Below are positions 1 to 9,254 of a DNA stretch of 32,000 nt, in pieces (the first letter of the stretch is position 1; each line of letters begins with the position of its first letter). The stretch comes from Candidatus Scalindua sp. GTDB taxonomy: Bacteria; Planctomycetota; Brocadiia; Brocadiales; Scalinduaceae. The stretch covers positions 3,180,001 to 3,212,000 of the forward strand of contig JALDRA010000001.1 of assembly GCA_031316235.1 (NCBI GenBank), in the 5' to 3' direction. Under the pieces are notes generated by a model, which ran no database searches, was not told the origin of the DNA, and was given only the letters and a program-made list of their open reading frames with translations. Position numbers and translations under genes: made by a program.

Positions 1-19
1 CGTCACTTTTTATTTTCCA

Positions 20-121
20 TCACAGCGCCGGAATGCCGGCATCCTCACCGAAAGATCTGCTGATGCGTAAAACCTCGTCTTCGAGGCTGTCTCTTACCGA
101 GTCTTTTTCATGTAGGGGCAT
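20..121 (-). CDS. hypothetical 33-aa acidic small ORF (very tentative)
   Basis: ATG at 119-121 on the minus strand, preceded by GAGGAG about 6 nt upstream. Stop at 20-22. My manual translation is MPLHEKDSVRDSLEDEVLRISRSFGEDAGIPAL. It is too short for the ORF track and I recognise no family. Confidence 0.12.
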   Translation of the reverse strand: MPLHEKDSVRDSLEDEVLRISRSFGEDAGIPAL

Positions 122-263
122 CTCTCTCTCCTCAATATTTAAACTGTTAGCTGACCGCCGGTGATCGAAAACCGTTGGCTATAAATTTGACTGCTGCTTC
201 ACGGAACGCCAAGCTCGTTTTCTCCTTCACGACAGCCAAACTATAGCAGATTTTAGCTTGTGC

Positions 264-292
264 TTGCTTTTAAATACATTTCTGCTTATAAT
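264..292 (+). promoter_or_regulatory. sigma70-like promoter candidate (TTGCTT-N17-TATAAT) upstream of the sulfatase gene
   Basis: TTGCTT at 264-269, a 17-nt spacer, and TATAAT at 287-292, read directly from the sequence. It lies about 100 nt upstream of the ATG at 393. Confidence 0.3.
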
Positions 293-296
293 GATT

Positions 297-336
297 CCCT
301 GCCCGGATGAAACGACTTAGTCGGGCAGGGTTTATT
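297..336 (+). terminator. GC-rich stem-loop plus T-rich tail in the sulfatase 5' leader (attenuator or terminator-like)
   Basis: CCCTGCCCG (297-305) pairs with CGGGCAGGG (322-330) across a 16-nt loop. TTTATT follows immediately, then longer T runs at 346-368. It starts only a few nt after the candidate -10 box. Confidence 0.4.
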
Positions 337-392
337 GGGTGACAGTTTTTATTTTTGTTTTTTTTTGTAACATTGAAAGGAGAAACAAAGAA

Positions 393-2183
393 ATGAGACC
401 GTTCTACTTAACCATGTTAGCGCTATCTGCTTTTATGATTGGGGTATCGGGGCTTTCTGCCGATACATCATCATCAGAAGGAACGAGAGAAGATTCGAAT
501 GTAAAAACTACTGCTGGTTTATCGAACGACAGAAAACCGGGAACAGAAGCCATTCGTGCGAAACAACCCAAACAGCGACAAACCTCCGAAAAAATTGGTG
601 AGAAAAAAGGACAAAATAGAGCTCCAGTCAACAAAACCAAACCACTATTACTGGCTCAGGCAGGCACAAGTTCCCCTTCAGATCAACCGGAAACGGAATC
701 TGAGAAAAAGGGTGATAAGACTCCCAACATTGTCATTATCTGGGGTGACGACATCGGGCAAAGCAACATCAGCGCCTACACCATGGGGATGATGGGCTAC
801 CGAACGCCCAACATCGATCGCGTAGCCAGGGAGGGGATGATCTTCACTGACTACTATGCGGAGCAGAGCTGCACCGCCGGTCGATCGGCCTTTATTACGG
901 GCCAGAGCGTTTTCCGCACAGGGCTCAGTAAGGTCGGCCTGCCGGGTGCCGACCTTGGTCTCCGCGAGGAAGATCCCACAATTGCCGAGCTGCTTAAGCC
1001 GCTCGGCTATGCTACCGGCCAGTTTGGCAAGAACCACCTGGGCGACAAGGACGAGATGCTGCCAACAAATCACGGCTTCGATGAGTTCTACGGTAATCTC
1101 TATCACCTTAATGCTGAAGAAGAGCCTGAGTTGCCGGATTATCCGAAGGACCCTGAGTTTCGTAAGAAGTACGGGCCGCGGGGTGTAATCCACAGCTTTG
1201 CCGACGGCAGGATCGAGGATACCGGTCCCTTGACCAGGAAGCGCATGGAAACTATCGATGACGACGTGGCAGCCAGGTCAGTCACGTTTATTGAAGAGCA
1301 GCACAAGGCTGGCAACCCCTTCTTCGTGTGGGTAAATTTTACCCACATGCACTTCCGGACTCATACGAAGCCGGAAAGCCTGGGTCAATCCGGCCGTTGG
1401 CAGAGTCCCTATCACGACACTATGATTGACCATGACAGAAACGTCGGGCAGGTCCTGGATAAGCTTGATGAGTTGGGAATTTCTGAGAATACGATTGTCA
1501 TGTATGGCACGGATAACGGGCCGCACATGAACTCGTGGCCTGATGCTGCCATGACACCCTTCCGGAACGAGAAGAACTCCAACTGGGAAGGCGCCTACCG
1601 CGTCCCCGCCATGGTGCGTTGGCCCGGAAAGATCAAACCCGGTACGGTCTCAAACGACATTATGTCGCACATGGACTGGTTACCCACGCTGCTTGCGGCT
1701 GCCGGAGACGCTGACATCAAGGAAAAACTTCTGAAAGGTCATAAAGCCGGGAACAAGACCTTTAAGGTCCACCTCGATGGTTACAACTTCCTGCCGTACT
1801 TAACCGGTAAGGAGCAGAAAAGTCCCCGTGAGGAATTCATTTACTTTTCCGACGACGGTGGATTGACTGGACTACGCTATGATAACTGGAAGCTGGTCTT
1901 TTCCGAGCAAAGACAACAGGGTACCCTGCAGATTTGGTTTGAACCTTTTACCCAACTGCGCGCGCCCAAGCTCTTCAACCTGCGCATGGATCCGTATGAA
2001 CGGGCGGACGTGACCTCAAACACCTATTGGGATTGGTTGATTGATCATGTGTTCTTATTCGTCCCGGCACAGGACATTGTGGGCGAGTTCCTGCAAACTT
2101 TTAAGGAGTTTCCGCCACGTCAGAAAGCAGCAAGTTTTACCGTTGACCAGGTCATGGAAAAGCTGGCTCCCCAGTCACACTAA
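393..2183 (+). CDS. secreted arylsulfatase (formylglycine-dependent sulfatase family)
   Basis: ORF 339..2183. I prefer the ATG at 393 because GGAG lies about 10 nt upstream and MRPFYLTMLALSAFMIGVSGLSA is a signal peptide. Sulfatase motifs: NIVIIWGDDIG, the FGly motif SCTAGRS (C-x-A-x-R), GKNHLGD, and GTDNGP. Confidence 0.9.
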   Translation: MRPFYLTMLALSAFMIGVSGLSADTSSSEGTREDSNVKTTAGLSNDRKPGTEAIRAKQPKQRQTSEKIGEKKGQNRAPVNKTKPLLLAQAGTSSPSDQPETESEKKGDKTPNIVIIWGDDIGQSNISAYTMGMMGYRTPNIDRVAREGMIFTDYYAEQSCTAGRSAFITGQSVFRTGLSKVGLPGADLGLREEDPTIAELLKPLGYATGQFGKNHLGDKDEMLPTNHGFDEFYGNLYHLNAEEEPELPDYPKDPEFRKKYGPRGVIHSFADGRIEDTGPLTRKRMETIDDDVAARSVTFIEEQHKAGNPFFVWVNFTHMHFRTHTKPESLGQSGRWQSPYHDTMIDHDRNVGQVLDKLDELGISENTIVMYGTDNGPHMNSWPDAAMTPFRNEKNSNWEGAYRVPAMVRWPGKIKPGTVSNDIMSHMDWLPTLLAAAGDADIKEKLLKGHKAGNKTFKVHLDGYNFLPYLTGKEQKSPREEFIYFSDDGGLTGLRYDNWKLVFSEQRQQGTLQIWFEPFTQLRAPKLFNLRMDPYERADVTSNTYWDWLIDHVFLFVPAQDIVGEFLQTFKEFPPRQKAASFTVDQVMEKLAPQSH

Positions 2184-2235
2184 GTCGCACCAGCTGTTCT
2201 GCAAGCGGACATTGAGTTGTCGGTAGGGTACCATT

Positions 2236-2273
2236 CAGGATAGACTGCGCATGGCCATGCGCAGTCTATCCTG
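2236..2273. terminator. perfect 38-bp palindrome (19+19) between the sulfatase gene and the convergent HAD gene; hairpin, possible bidirectional terminator
   Basis: CAGGATAGACTGCGCATGG followed by CCATGCGCAGTCTATCCTG, verified base by base. Neither side has a clear U-tract. Confidence 0.4.
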
Positions 2274-2489
2274 GTTTAAGGTAACGTGATGACCTCGATA
2301 TCCGGTGTGAGGCTTTTTACTCAGTTGCATGCGCCTGAACGGTTCAATCCGCCGGAACCGTATGGATCATGGGAGCATAATTTCAAATACCTGAACCCTT
2401 TGCATTGTCACACAGATTTGTTACAAGATCATAAGGTTCGCCTGCTCGGCCTTACTGTGAACTGGCGAAGAGAGTAGACGTCTCATGTC

Positions 2490-3521
2490 TCATCTCTTCT
2501 CGAACGGGAAAATGTGTTTCCAGTCGCGCTTCATGTCAACGACTGTCCATCCTTTCTCCTGCGCCTCGTCGAGAGCTCTGTCGAGGCGGCCAATAGAAGA
2601 AGAGCGGTCGTAAGCCCATTCACGGTCGGCGTCAGTATGGTGAATAAGGCAGGCTAAACGCTGTCCGCTGCCGGCGGTCGTCCATTGGAGCATTTGCAAA
2701 TCGCCATCGGAGTTACCGAACGCTGCGATGGGACGGCGACCAATATGCTGATTAATGCCAACCGGTTTACCACCTTTGTCGTCAATGAAGTTGATCTCCG
2801 GCAGACGCACGAGCACAGGCGTGCCGTCGTGTAATGCAAATTTAGTCTTGATGCTGCTGCCGATGACTTGCTCGGGCGGAATGCCATAGATCCTTTCTGT
2901 CCAGGGGCGCATGAACTCGATGCCTCCGCCGGAGACAAGGTAAGTCTTAAAACCTTTGGTGCGTAAATAGGAGAGTAGTTCAATCATCGGCTCATAGACC
3001 ATGTCCGTGTATGGACGTCCTGTCTTCGGATGCTTTGCCGTGGCCAGCCAATCAGTTACCGCCTGCGAGAACTGATCCGTTGTGTTACCTGCGTGAGTAG
3101 CCATGACAAGTTCGAGCACTGCGCGCTCGCCGCCGGCCATGACAGTCTTGAGATCACCTTCGAGCACCGCTTTAAAGGGTTGTTTGTCTTTCCATTCTGG
3201 ATGCATCGGCGCAAGCATCTTCACGCGGTCGAGTGCAAATGCGAGCTGGAAATAGATGGGCTGTTCAGACCATAACGTACCGTCGTTGTCGAAGACCGCT
3301 ATGCGCTCGGCGGTCTCAACATAATCAGGGCTCCCTTCCTCTGTAACCTTCTCAACAAATTCAACGATGGACTGTTTCGGTGCACCGTCCTTCCATAGAG
3401 GCAGGGTATCGATGGTCTGATCTGTTGCTAGACATCCGGAGAGCAGGGCTGCTGCCAGAGCAAAGGCTACAACAAGCATTCGATCTATTGCACGTCTTCT
3501 TTCATGTTCGATTGTTTTCAT
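2490..3521 (-). CDS. HAD-superfamily hydrolase (subfamily IB-like), periplasmic lipoprotein
   Basis: ORF 2490..3581. I prefer the ATG at 3521, with GGAGAAAGAG upstream. The signal has a lipobox (LLSGC). HAD motifs: FDNDGTLW (DxDxT), LVSGG, and GNSDGD. Confidence 0.8.
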   Translation of the reverse strand: MKTIEHERRRAIDRMLVVAFALAAALLSGCLATDQTIDTLPLWKDGAPKQSIVEFVEKVTEEGSPDYVETAERIAVFDNDGTLWSEQPIYFQLAFALDRVKMLAPMHPEWKDKQPFKAVLEGDLKTVMAGGERAVLELVMATHAGNTTDQFSQAVTDWLATAKHPKTGRPYTDMVYEPMIELLSYLRTKGFKTYLVSGGGIEFMRPWTERIYGIPPEQVIGSSIKTKFALHDGTPVLVRLPEINFIDDKGGKPVGINQHIGRRPIAAFGNSDGDLQMLQWTTAGSGQRLACLIHHTDADREWAYDRSSSIGRLDRALDEAQEKGWTVVDMKRDWKHIFPFEKR

Positions 3522-3793
3522 CTGATATCTCTTTCTCCCGTACCAGCAATCGGGTAAACAGGCAGTTTCTGAATAACACAACAGTTACAGTTGGCTCCAG
3601 CCAAACTCTATTTTCAGAAAAAATATACTACACGCTTATTGGACGAAAATAAAGAGTTAATTGTATAAAACATAAAATAATGAAATATATGATAAAGCGA
3701 CTGATGCTAACGTTTTATTTTTCCAAAAGTAAAGGCTGAGTAGTAAAGATTAATCAGGCCACCTCATATTCAGAACATCATAATGTATTTTGT

Positions 3794-3822
3794 TTGTTAA
3801 TGTATTTCTTGTTGTATATAAT
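3794..3822 (+). promoter_or_regulatory. sigma70-like promoter candidate (TTGTTA-N17-TATAAT) upstream of the cytochrome gene
   Basis: TTGTTA at 3794-3799, a 17-nt spacer, and TATAAT at 3817-3822, in an AT-rich spacer about 85 nt upstream of the ATG at 3907. Confidence 0.25.
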
Positions 3823-3906
3823 GTTTTCTTTGTACCTGGAGAAGCAACTCCTTTATGATAGCTGAGAAAGTGTACCTTCAATATATTCCTGAGTGCATTC
3901 AAAAAA

Positions 3907-6306
3907 ATGTTAGAGCAAATAGATAATAATTCTAACAAAAGATCCTTTCTGCACCAAAATAATCGTTTCCTCGCCCCCATAAGTATTATTGTCCTGATAT
4001 CATTTATGGTATTGCTGCAAAGTGGCTGTGATAATAAGGGTAATCAACCAAGACTTGATACTGTTGTAAAGCCTGAAAAAGCCGAATTCGTTGACCGACA
4101 AAGTTGTAGAGAGTGTCATGAAAAGCAATACAGAGAGTGGAAAGATTCCCATCACGATCTCGCAATGGACGTTGCCACCGAAGAAACCGTTCTTGGTGAT
4201 TTCAACAACTCGACCTTTATCAGTTATGATCTCACGACAACGTTTTTCAGGCAAGACGGAAAATTTATTGTTCGCACAGATGGCCCGGATGGTAAACTTC
4301 ATGATTACGAAATACGTTATGTACTCGGATCTGACCCGCTTCAACAATATATGATTGAGTTTCCCGATGGACGGATACAGGTGCTGGACATTGCCTGGGA
4401 CACACATTCCAGAGAAGAAGGAGGCCAGCGCTGGTTTCACCTCCATCCGGAAGAGGAGATCACACCGGAACACCTCTTTCACTGGACAAGAAGATTTCTC
4501 AACTGGAACTATATGTGCGCCGAGTGCCACACAACAAATCTCCAGAAAAACTATGATCTCGAAACAGATACTTTTAAGACTACCTGGTCTGAGATAGATG
4601 TGGGCTGTCAGGCATGCCACGGGCCGGGATCCAATCATGTAGAGTGGGCACGCTATCTTCAGGATACAGGGACAAAGAGTGACAGATACAGAAACAGGGG
4701 GCTGGAAGTAAATCTTAAAGCCGATGATTCTCATATTCAGGTTGAGGCATGTGCCCGCTGCCATTCCCGCCGTAACGGATTACGAAAGGACTATCACTAC
4801 GGAAAACGATTTATGGATTATTATGTACCCCAGATATTAATAGATCCCTTATATTATCCTGATGGTCAGATCCTGGACGAAGTGTATGTTTTCGGCTCAT
4901 TTATTCAATCAGAGAAATATCATCAGGGTGTCAGGTGCACTGATTGTCATGATCCTCACACTGCCAGACTTCATACCGATGGTAATGAACTGTGCAAACG
5001 GTGTCATTCCACGGCACCAGTACGAGAGTTTGATTCAGTTATCCTTAAGGACTATGACACACCTGAACACCATTTTCATAAACAGGATTCCCCCGGGGCC
5101 TCTTGTGTAGAGTGTCATATGCCGGAAACCAAATACATGATAGTTGATCCCCGTCGTGACCACAGTTTCCGTATTCCTCGTCCGGACCTCTCCATAAAGC
5201 TGGACATTCCTAATGCCTGCAACAGATGCCATGAAGATAAAACTCCCCTTTGGGCTGCAAATAAAGTCGATGAATGGTATCCCTTTACTCAAGATATACG
5301 GAAGAATGAAATACATTTTGCCGGGATATTCTCAGCAGGTCAGGCAGGAAAACCGGAAGCCGGTCCCTGGTTAATCAAACTGGCGAAAGATGTTTCCCGA
5401 CCGTCAATCGTCAGGGCTACGGCGCTCCATATTTTACAGCACTACAAAAACGAGCAAACGCTTCATGTGATGTCTCTCTCTCTCAAGGATGATGATCCAC
5501 TGATACGATATGAAGCATTGAGAGGCCTTTCAGCATTAATACCAAACACGTCAGATACTGACATGCAATCCAGGAAACTATTGCTCCTCACACCGTTATT
5601 AAAAGATGCAACACGCGCGGTACGTACAGAAGCGGCTCGTTCCATGACTGAAGTGCCCGAAGAGTTGAGATCTCATGCGCAGCTTCATTATTTCGAGAAG
5701 GCATTGGAAGAATATAAACAGCGTCAATACTCTATAGCTGATAGACCTGAGGCGCATCTGAACCTGGGTTTGTTGTATCAAAACCTGGGTCAAAATGATC
5801 TTGCTGAGACCTCGTACAAAAATGCTATACAGTTGGTGTCTGGTTTTATTCCAGCGCATTTCAATCTTGCCAATCTTTATAATGCCGTGGGCAGAAATAG
5901 GGATGCCGAACAGCAATTTCACAAGATTATAGAGCTGGAGCCCGACAATGGCGAGGCATATTATTCTCTCGGTCTCTTGTTAGCAGAAGAAAAACGACTC
6001 GAAGAAGCAGTAGATTATTTAGAAAAAGCGGCATTTACCGTTAAGACAAATCCCAGGGTTTTTTATAATTGGGGCCTCTGCCTGCAGCACCTTGGAAGGC
6101 AGGATGATGCAGAAAAGGTATACTTGAAGGCATTAGACATCATGGCGGATGATTATTCCGTAATATATGCACTGGTCACCCTCTATTTACAGCAGCGAAA
6201 ATGGGATGATGCCAGTGTTCGTGTAAAACAATTAAAGAGGTTAAACCCTGATTCCGCTGAGGTTGAACAGCTTATGGGTTATATCAGGCAGAACGGTGGA
6301 GAATAA
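3907..6306 (+). CDS. octaheme c-type cytochrome fused to HEAT-like and TPR repeats (probable lipoprotein)
   Basis: Eight CxxCH motifs: CRECH, CAECH, CQACH, CARCH, CTDCH, CKRCH, CVECH, CNRCH. The N-terminal signal carries LLQSGC. The C-terminal third has HEAT-like helices followed by TPR repeats (AHLNLGLLYQNLGQ..., GEAYYSLGLLLAEE...). Confidence 0.9.
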   Translation: MLEQIDNNSNKRSFLHQNNRFLAPISIIVLISFMVLLQSGCDNKGNQPRLDTVVKPEKAEFVDRQSCRECHEKQYREWKDSHHDLAMDVATEETVLGDFNNSTFISYDLTTTFFRQDGKFIVRTDGPDGKLHDYEIRYVLGSDPLQQYMIEFPDGRIQVLDIAWDTHSREEGGQRWFHLHPEEEITPEHLFHWTRRFLNWNYMCAECHTTNLQKNYDLETDTFKTTWSEIDVGCQACHGPGSNHVEWARYLQDTGTKSDRYRNRGLEVNLKADDSHIQVEACARCHSRRNGLRKDYHYGKRFMDYYVPQILIDPLYYPDGQILDEVYVFGSFIQSEKYHQGVRCTDCHDPHTARLHTDGNELCKRCHSTAPVREFDSVILKDYDTPEHHFHKQDSPGASCVECHMPETKYMIVDPRRDHSFRIPRPDLSIKLDIPNACNRCHEDKTPLWAANKVDEWYPFTQDIRKNEIHFAGIFSAGQAGKPEAGPWLIKLAKDVSRPSIVRATALHILQHYKNEQTLHVMSLSLKDDDPLIRYEALRGLSALIPNTSDTDMQSRKLLLLTPLLKDATRAVRTEAARSMTEVPEELRSHAQLHYFEKALEEYKQRQYSIADRPEAHLNLGLLYQNLGQNDLAETSYKNAIQLVSGFIPAHFNLANLYNAVGRNRDAEQQFHKIIELEPDNGEAYYSLGLLLAEEKRLEEAVDYLEKAAFTVKTNPRVFYNWGLCLQHLGRQDDAEKVYLKALDIMADDYSVIYALVTLYLQQRKWDDASVRVKQLKRLNPDSAEVEQLMGYIRQNGGE

Positions 6307-6455
6307 GTGAATATTAAGTATTGAGTTGACCTACATTAATTTGATTAATAGAATTTCGGAGACCTATTGAACAGGGTATTTTGTACTCTTCAAATTGTCC
6401 AAAGTGAACAAAGAGCAGCGGGTTTATAACTGCTTATGCCGTTGGCAGGTGGCCA

Positions 6456-7961
6456 ATGATCAAGACTATAGATATAAACGATGAATCTGAGTACCAGGAG
6501 ATAACTCATGACAAGTCTTCAAGGTACCGTATACGTGTTATTTTTCTCTTAACGTTGGTGCTTGGTCTGCTGCAGGGTTGTTTTAGCATAGGGCCAAAAG
6601 TGGGACCAGACTATTCGCCACCTGAATTGAAGATGCAGGATGCCTGGCATCAGACAATAATTAAAGGGCTTGCTGAGGGCGAGGCAAATCTTCAGACCTG
6701 GTGGAACGTGTTCGATGACCCTGTACTCAACGGATTAATCGAAAGGTCAGGCAAGGGGAACCTGGAGCTGAAGGTCGCATTTGCGCGAATTAAGGAGGCG
6801 CGTGCACAAAGAGGGATTGCGGTCGGGGAACGATTTCCAGATTTAGAAGGCACGGGAGACTATAGAAAGATACATTCTCCCCACACGTTTCGTCCTCCTA
6901 CCACACAGAAGTCAAGAACAGACGATTTCTTCAGGTTCGGAGGGGAAAGTTCCTGGGAGATTGACTGTTGGGGGAGGATTGATCGTACCGTAGAATCAAC
7001 TGATGCCAGCCTTGAAGCTTCTATCGAGGACTACCGGGATGTGCTTGTCATGCTCTATGCTGAAGTGGCTACGAATTATGTAGAAGTACGTACGCTCCAG
7101 GACCGCATCAAGTATGTACGGGGCAACATCGAAACACAGCGCAAATCACTTCAGCTATCAAAGGATCGTTTTGATGCGGGATTAGCAGCTGATCTCGATG
7201 TCCAACAGGCAGATTTAAACCTCTCAAAAACCGAATCAATGCTCCCTGTCCTGCAAATGCAACTTGTGAAAACGGTCAATCGCCTCGGAGTCCTGCTTGG
7301 CGAACACCCAAGCGCTCTTCATGATGAGTTGGAAGAACCGGCTTCCATTCCAGAACCGTTGGAGCAGATTTCTATCGGCTTACCGGTAGAACTCCTGAGA
7401 CAACGCCCGGATATCCGCCAGGCAGAACGTGAGCTTGCCGCACAAACAGCCTTAATTGGTGTCGCTACTGCAGACTTGTATCCAACCTTTTCACTATTGG
7501 GTACTTTTGGAGTTGCTGCGAATGACTTCAGTGATGCCATTTCCTTTAGTAAGAGTAGAATGTACATTTTTGGTCCTCAGTTTAATTGGAATATCTTTAG
7601 TGGAGGAAGAGTGAGAAGCCGGATCAGGGTAGAGGATGCCCGCACTGAACAGGCATTGGAAAGATATGAGCAAACGGTACTCAACGCCCTCGAAGATGTC
7701 GAAAATGCAATGGTTTCATATATCCAGGAAGGAATTCGTTGGAAAAAACTGGAACGATCTGCCAAAGCCGCAAGAAAGTCCGTTGAACTTGTTAAAACAC
7801 TTTATAAAAACGGTCTTACTGATTTTCTGAATGTACAGCAAATGGAACAGTTTAAGTTTGAGCAGGAAGATCAATTTGCAGATAGCGAAGGTAAGGTTAT
7901 TCAGAATCTTATAAGTATCTATAGATCATTGGGGGGTGGCTGGGCACCGGAATCTTCCTGA
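6456..7961 (+). CDS. RND efflux outer-membrane factor lipoprotein (NodT/OprM family)
   Basis: 501-aa ORF with lipobox LLQGC. It shows typical OMF sequence (WW..F.DP.L..LI, RPDIRQAERELAA, LYKNGLTDFLNVQQ, SLGGGW near the C-terminus). Confidence 0.9.
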   Translation: MIKTIDINDESEYQEITHDKSSRYRIRVIFLLTLVLGLLQGCFSIGPKVGPDYSPPELKMQDAWHQTIIKGLAEGEANLQTWWNVFDDPVLNGLIERSGKGNLELKVAFARIKEARAQRGIAVGERFPDLEGTGDYRKIHSPHTFRPPTTQKSRTDDFFRFGGESSWEIDCWGRIDRTVESTDASLEASIEDYRDVLVMLYAEVATNYVEVRTLQDRIKYVRGNIETQRKSLQLSKDRFDAGLAADLDVQQADLNLSKTESMLPVLQMQLVKTVNRLGVLLGEHPSALHDELEEPASIPEPLEQISIGLPVELLRQRPDIRQAERELAAQTALIGVATADLYPTFSLLGTFGVAANDFSDAISFSKSRMYIFGPQFNWNIFSGGRVRSRIRVEDARTEQALERYEQTVLNALEDVENAMVSYIQEGIRWKKLERSAKAARKSVELVKTLYKNGLTDFLNVQQMEQFKFEQEDQFADSEGKVIQNLISIYRSLGGGWAPESS

Positions 7962-8005
7962 ATTGTAAATACCGAATGATTGTTGAAGGATAAGATGTTG
8001 GTTCC

Positions 8006-8206
8006 TTAAAAGTTGAATTGGATACCCACTGACGTATTATAGTTCTGCAAGGCATTCTCGAAACTTTCTTTGCGACAGGAATATTGAAAACCCGTCGTCA
8101 ATTCGATGACATCGGTAAGTTTATAGCGAATCGCGAAGTCTCCCTGCTCCACGTTCTCGTGCTGGTCATTACGTTTATCTCCGTGGGTGTTAGTCAAGGT
8201 GAACAT
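8006..8206 (-). pseudogene. possible remnant of an outer-membrane beta-barrel protein C-terminus
   Basis: The ORF ends ...NYNTSVGIQFNF, with alternating hydrophobic residues and a terminal Phe as in an OMP beta-signal. It is only about 66 aa from the internal Met, has no RBS, and the longer reading (to 8311) overlaps the 3' end of the TMEM175-like gene. Confidence 0.2.
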
Positions 8207-8256
8207 TAAAACAGAATTACAGTGGATAAGGTCTAAGGGAGGAAGCTTCTCCCGCC

Positions 8257-8865
8257 TTACCTTTCCTTGCGTCGGGTAACCAGCCTGACAATCAGTGGGA
8301 AAACGAAACATATATAGAGAGCTATATTATGGTTGAAGAACGAGACTGTGATTGCCGGGATCAAGAGTACCGTAGCTGAATACCGGTATAACCAATGCTG
8401 TCTCAGCAATAGTTCTGCACTCTCCTTTTCGTGCCATTCGGTTTTTTTGCATGCGTACTGGCTGAGAAATCCTATCGACAACCCGCATAACCATAGATTA
8501 ATTAGGAACAGGAGAACTGCGATTTCATCCTCTTTGTATCGACCATGCAGCGAGGCCGTGAATGGGAGTAGTGTCAGAAACAGTATGTGAAAAAAGTTCA
8601 TGCCAATCAAAAAGTTGTTACACCTGTCCAAAGCCTTGAAGATCTCGTGATGGCGAAACCAGAACCAGGCTATCACAACGAAACTGATGAAATAGGTTAT
8701 GAAGTTCTGGACATGATTAACCAAGTCATTGAGCAGTTGTTCTTCAGCCAGTCCGGGGGTTCGGGGAGCTTTGAGATCGAGGACGAGAAGCGTAAGTACG
8801 ATAGCATAGACCCCGTCAGTAATCGCACAGATCCGTTCTTTACGTGATGTGTCGTTAAATAGCAT
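8257..8865 (-). CDS. TMEM175/DUF1211-family membrane protein (putative K+ channel)
   Basis: The ORF track starts at a TTG (8895). I prefer the ATG at 8865, with GGAG 5 nt upstream. The first helix, RICAITDGVYAIVLTLLVLDL, matches the DUF1211/TMEM175 signature helix. It has about 6 TM segments. Confidence 0.75.
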   Translation of the reverse strand: MLFNDTSRKERICAITDGVYAIVLTLLVLDLKAPRTPGLAEEQLLNDLVNHVQNFITYFISFVVIAWFWFRHHEIFKALDRCNNFLIGMNFFHILFLTLLPFTASLHGRYKEDEIAVLLFLINLWLCGLSIGFLSQYACKKTEWHEKESAELLLRQHWLYRYSATVLLIPAITVSFFNHNIALYICFVFPLIVRLVTRRKER

Positions 8866-9254
8866 ATAATCTCCTGAAGGTTGGAAGGCCTTCAATTCTC
8901 AAGCTTTGTACCATTCAACTGAGAAATCCATGTCATTTGGAAATTGATTGTTTACGGAACTTATCTGAACAGTAAAACAAAATAATATGTTACTTTAATG
9001 ATTTTTTCAGATTTTGCATCAATATTTTTTGTGCTGTTTGGTTTCCGGACAGGGTCTTAAGATACTGCAAACCGAAAAATGCTGAACCTTAGTGAGTCTT
9101 TCTGATTGAAAAATTCTCGGGAATCGGAACGGTTTTGAGCACTCCGATGGATGATTACAGTTGACTAAGCAGATTTTATGAATTATAACCACCGGTGATT
9201 ACGACATTAGATTGCGTAATTGCCGGCGCTTTCATAATTTCTCAAGGAGAAAGA

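Noticed and set aside
2286-2477. 63-aa ORF (GTG/ATG start) between the palindrome and the HAD gene
   Set aside because: It has no convincing RBS and no recognisable motif, and it lies between convergent genes. It cannot be excluded as a small protein, but nothing supports it.
4000-4764. 254-aa minus-strand ORF inside the cytochrome gene
   Set aside because: It is antisense to a CDS with eight CxxCH motifs. It has no motifs, and its composition is typical of a shadow ORF.
9036-9085. TTTGGTTTCCGG...AAACCGAAAA, resembling the stem region of the TATACT repeat family, and TATACTACACGCTTATTGG at about 3621
   Set aside because: Only 10-12 nt blocks match, and there are no TATACT/AGTATA termini in register. 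This is compatible with chance or a very decayed relic, and it is too weak to call a copy.
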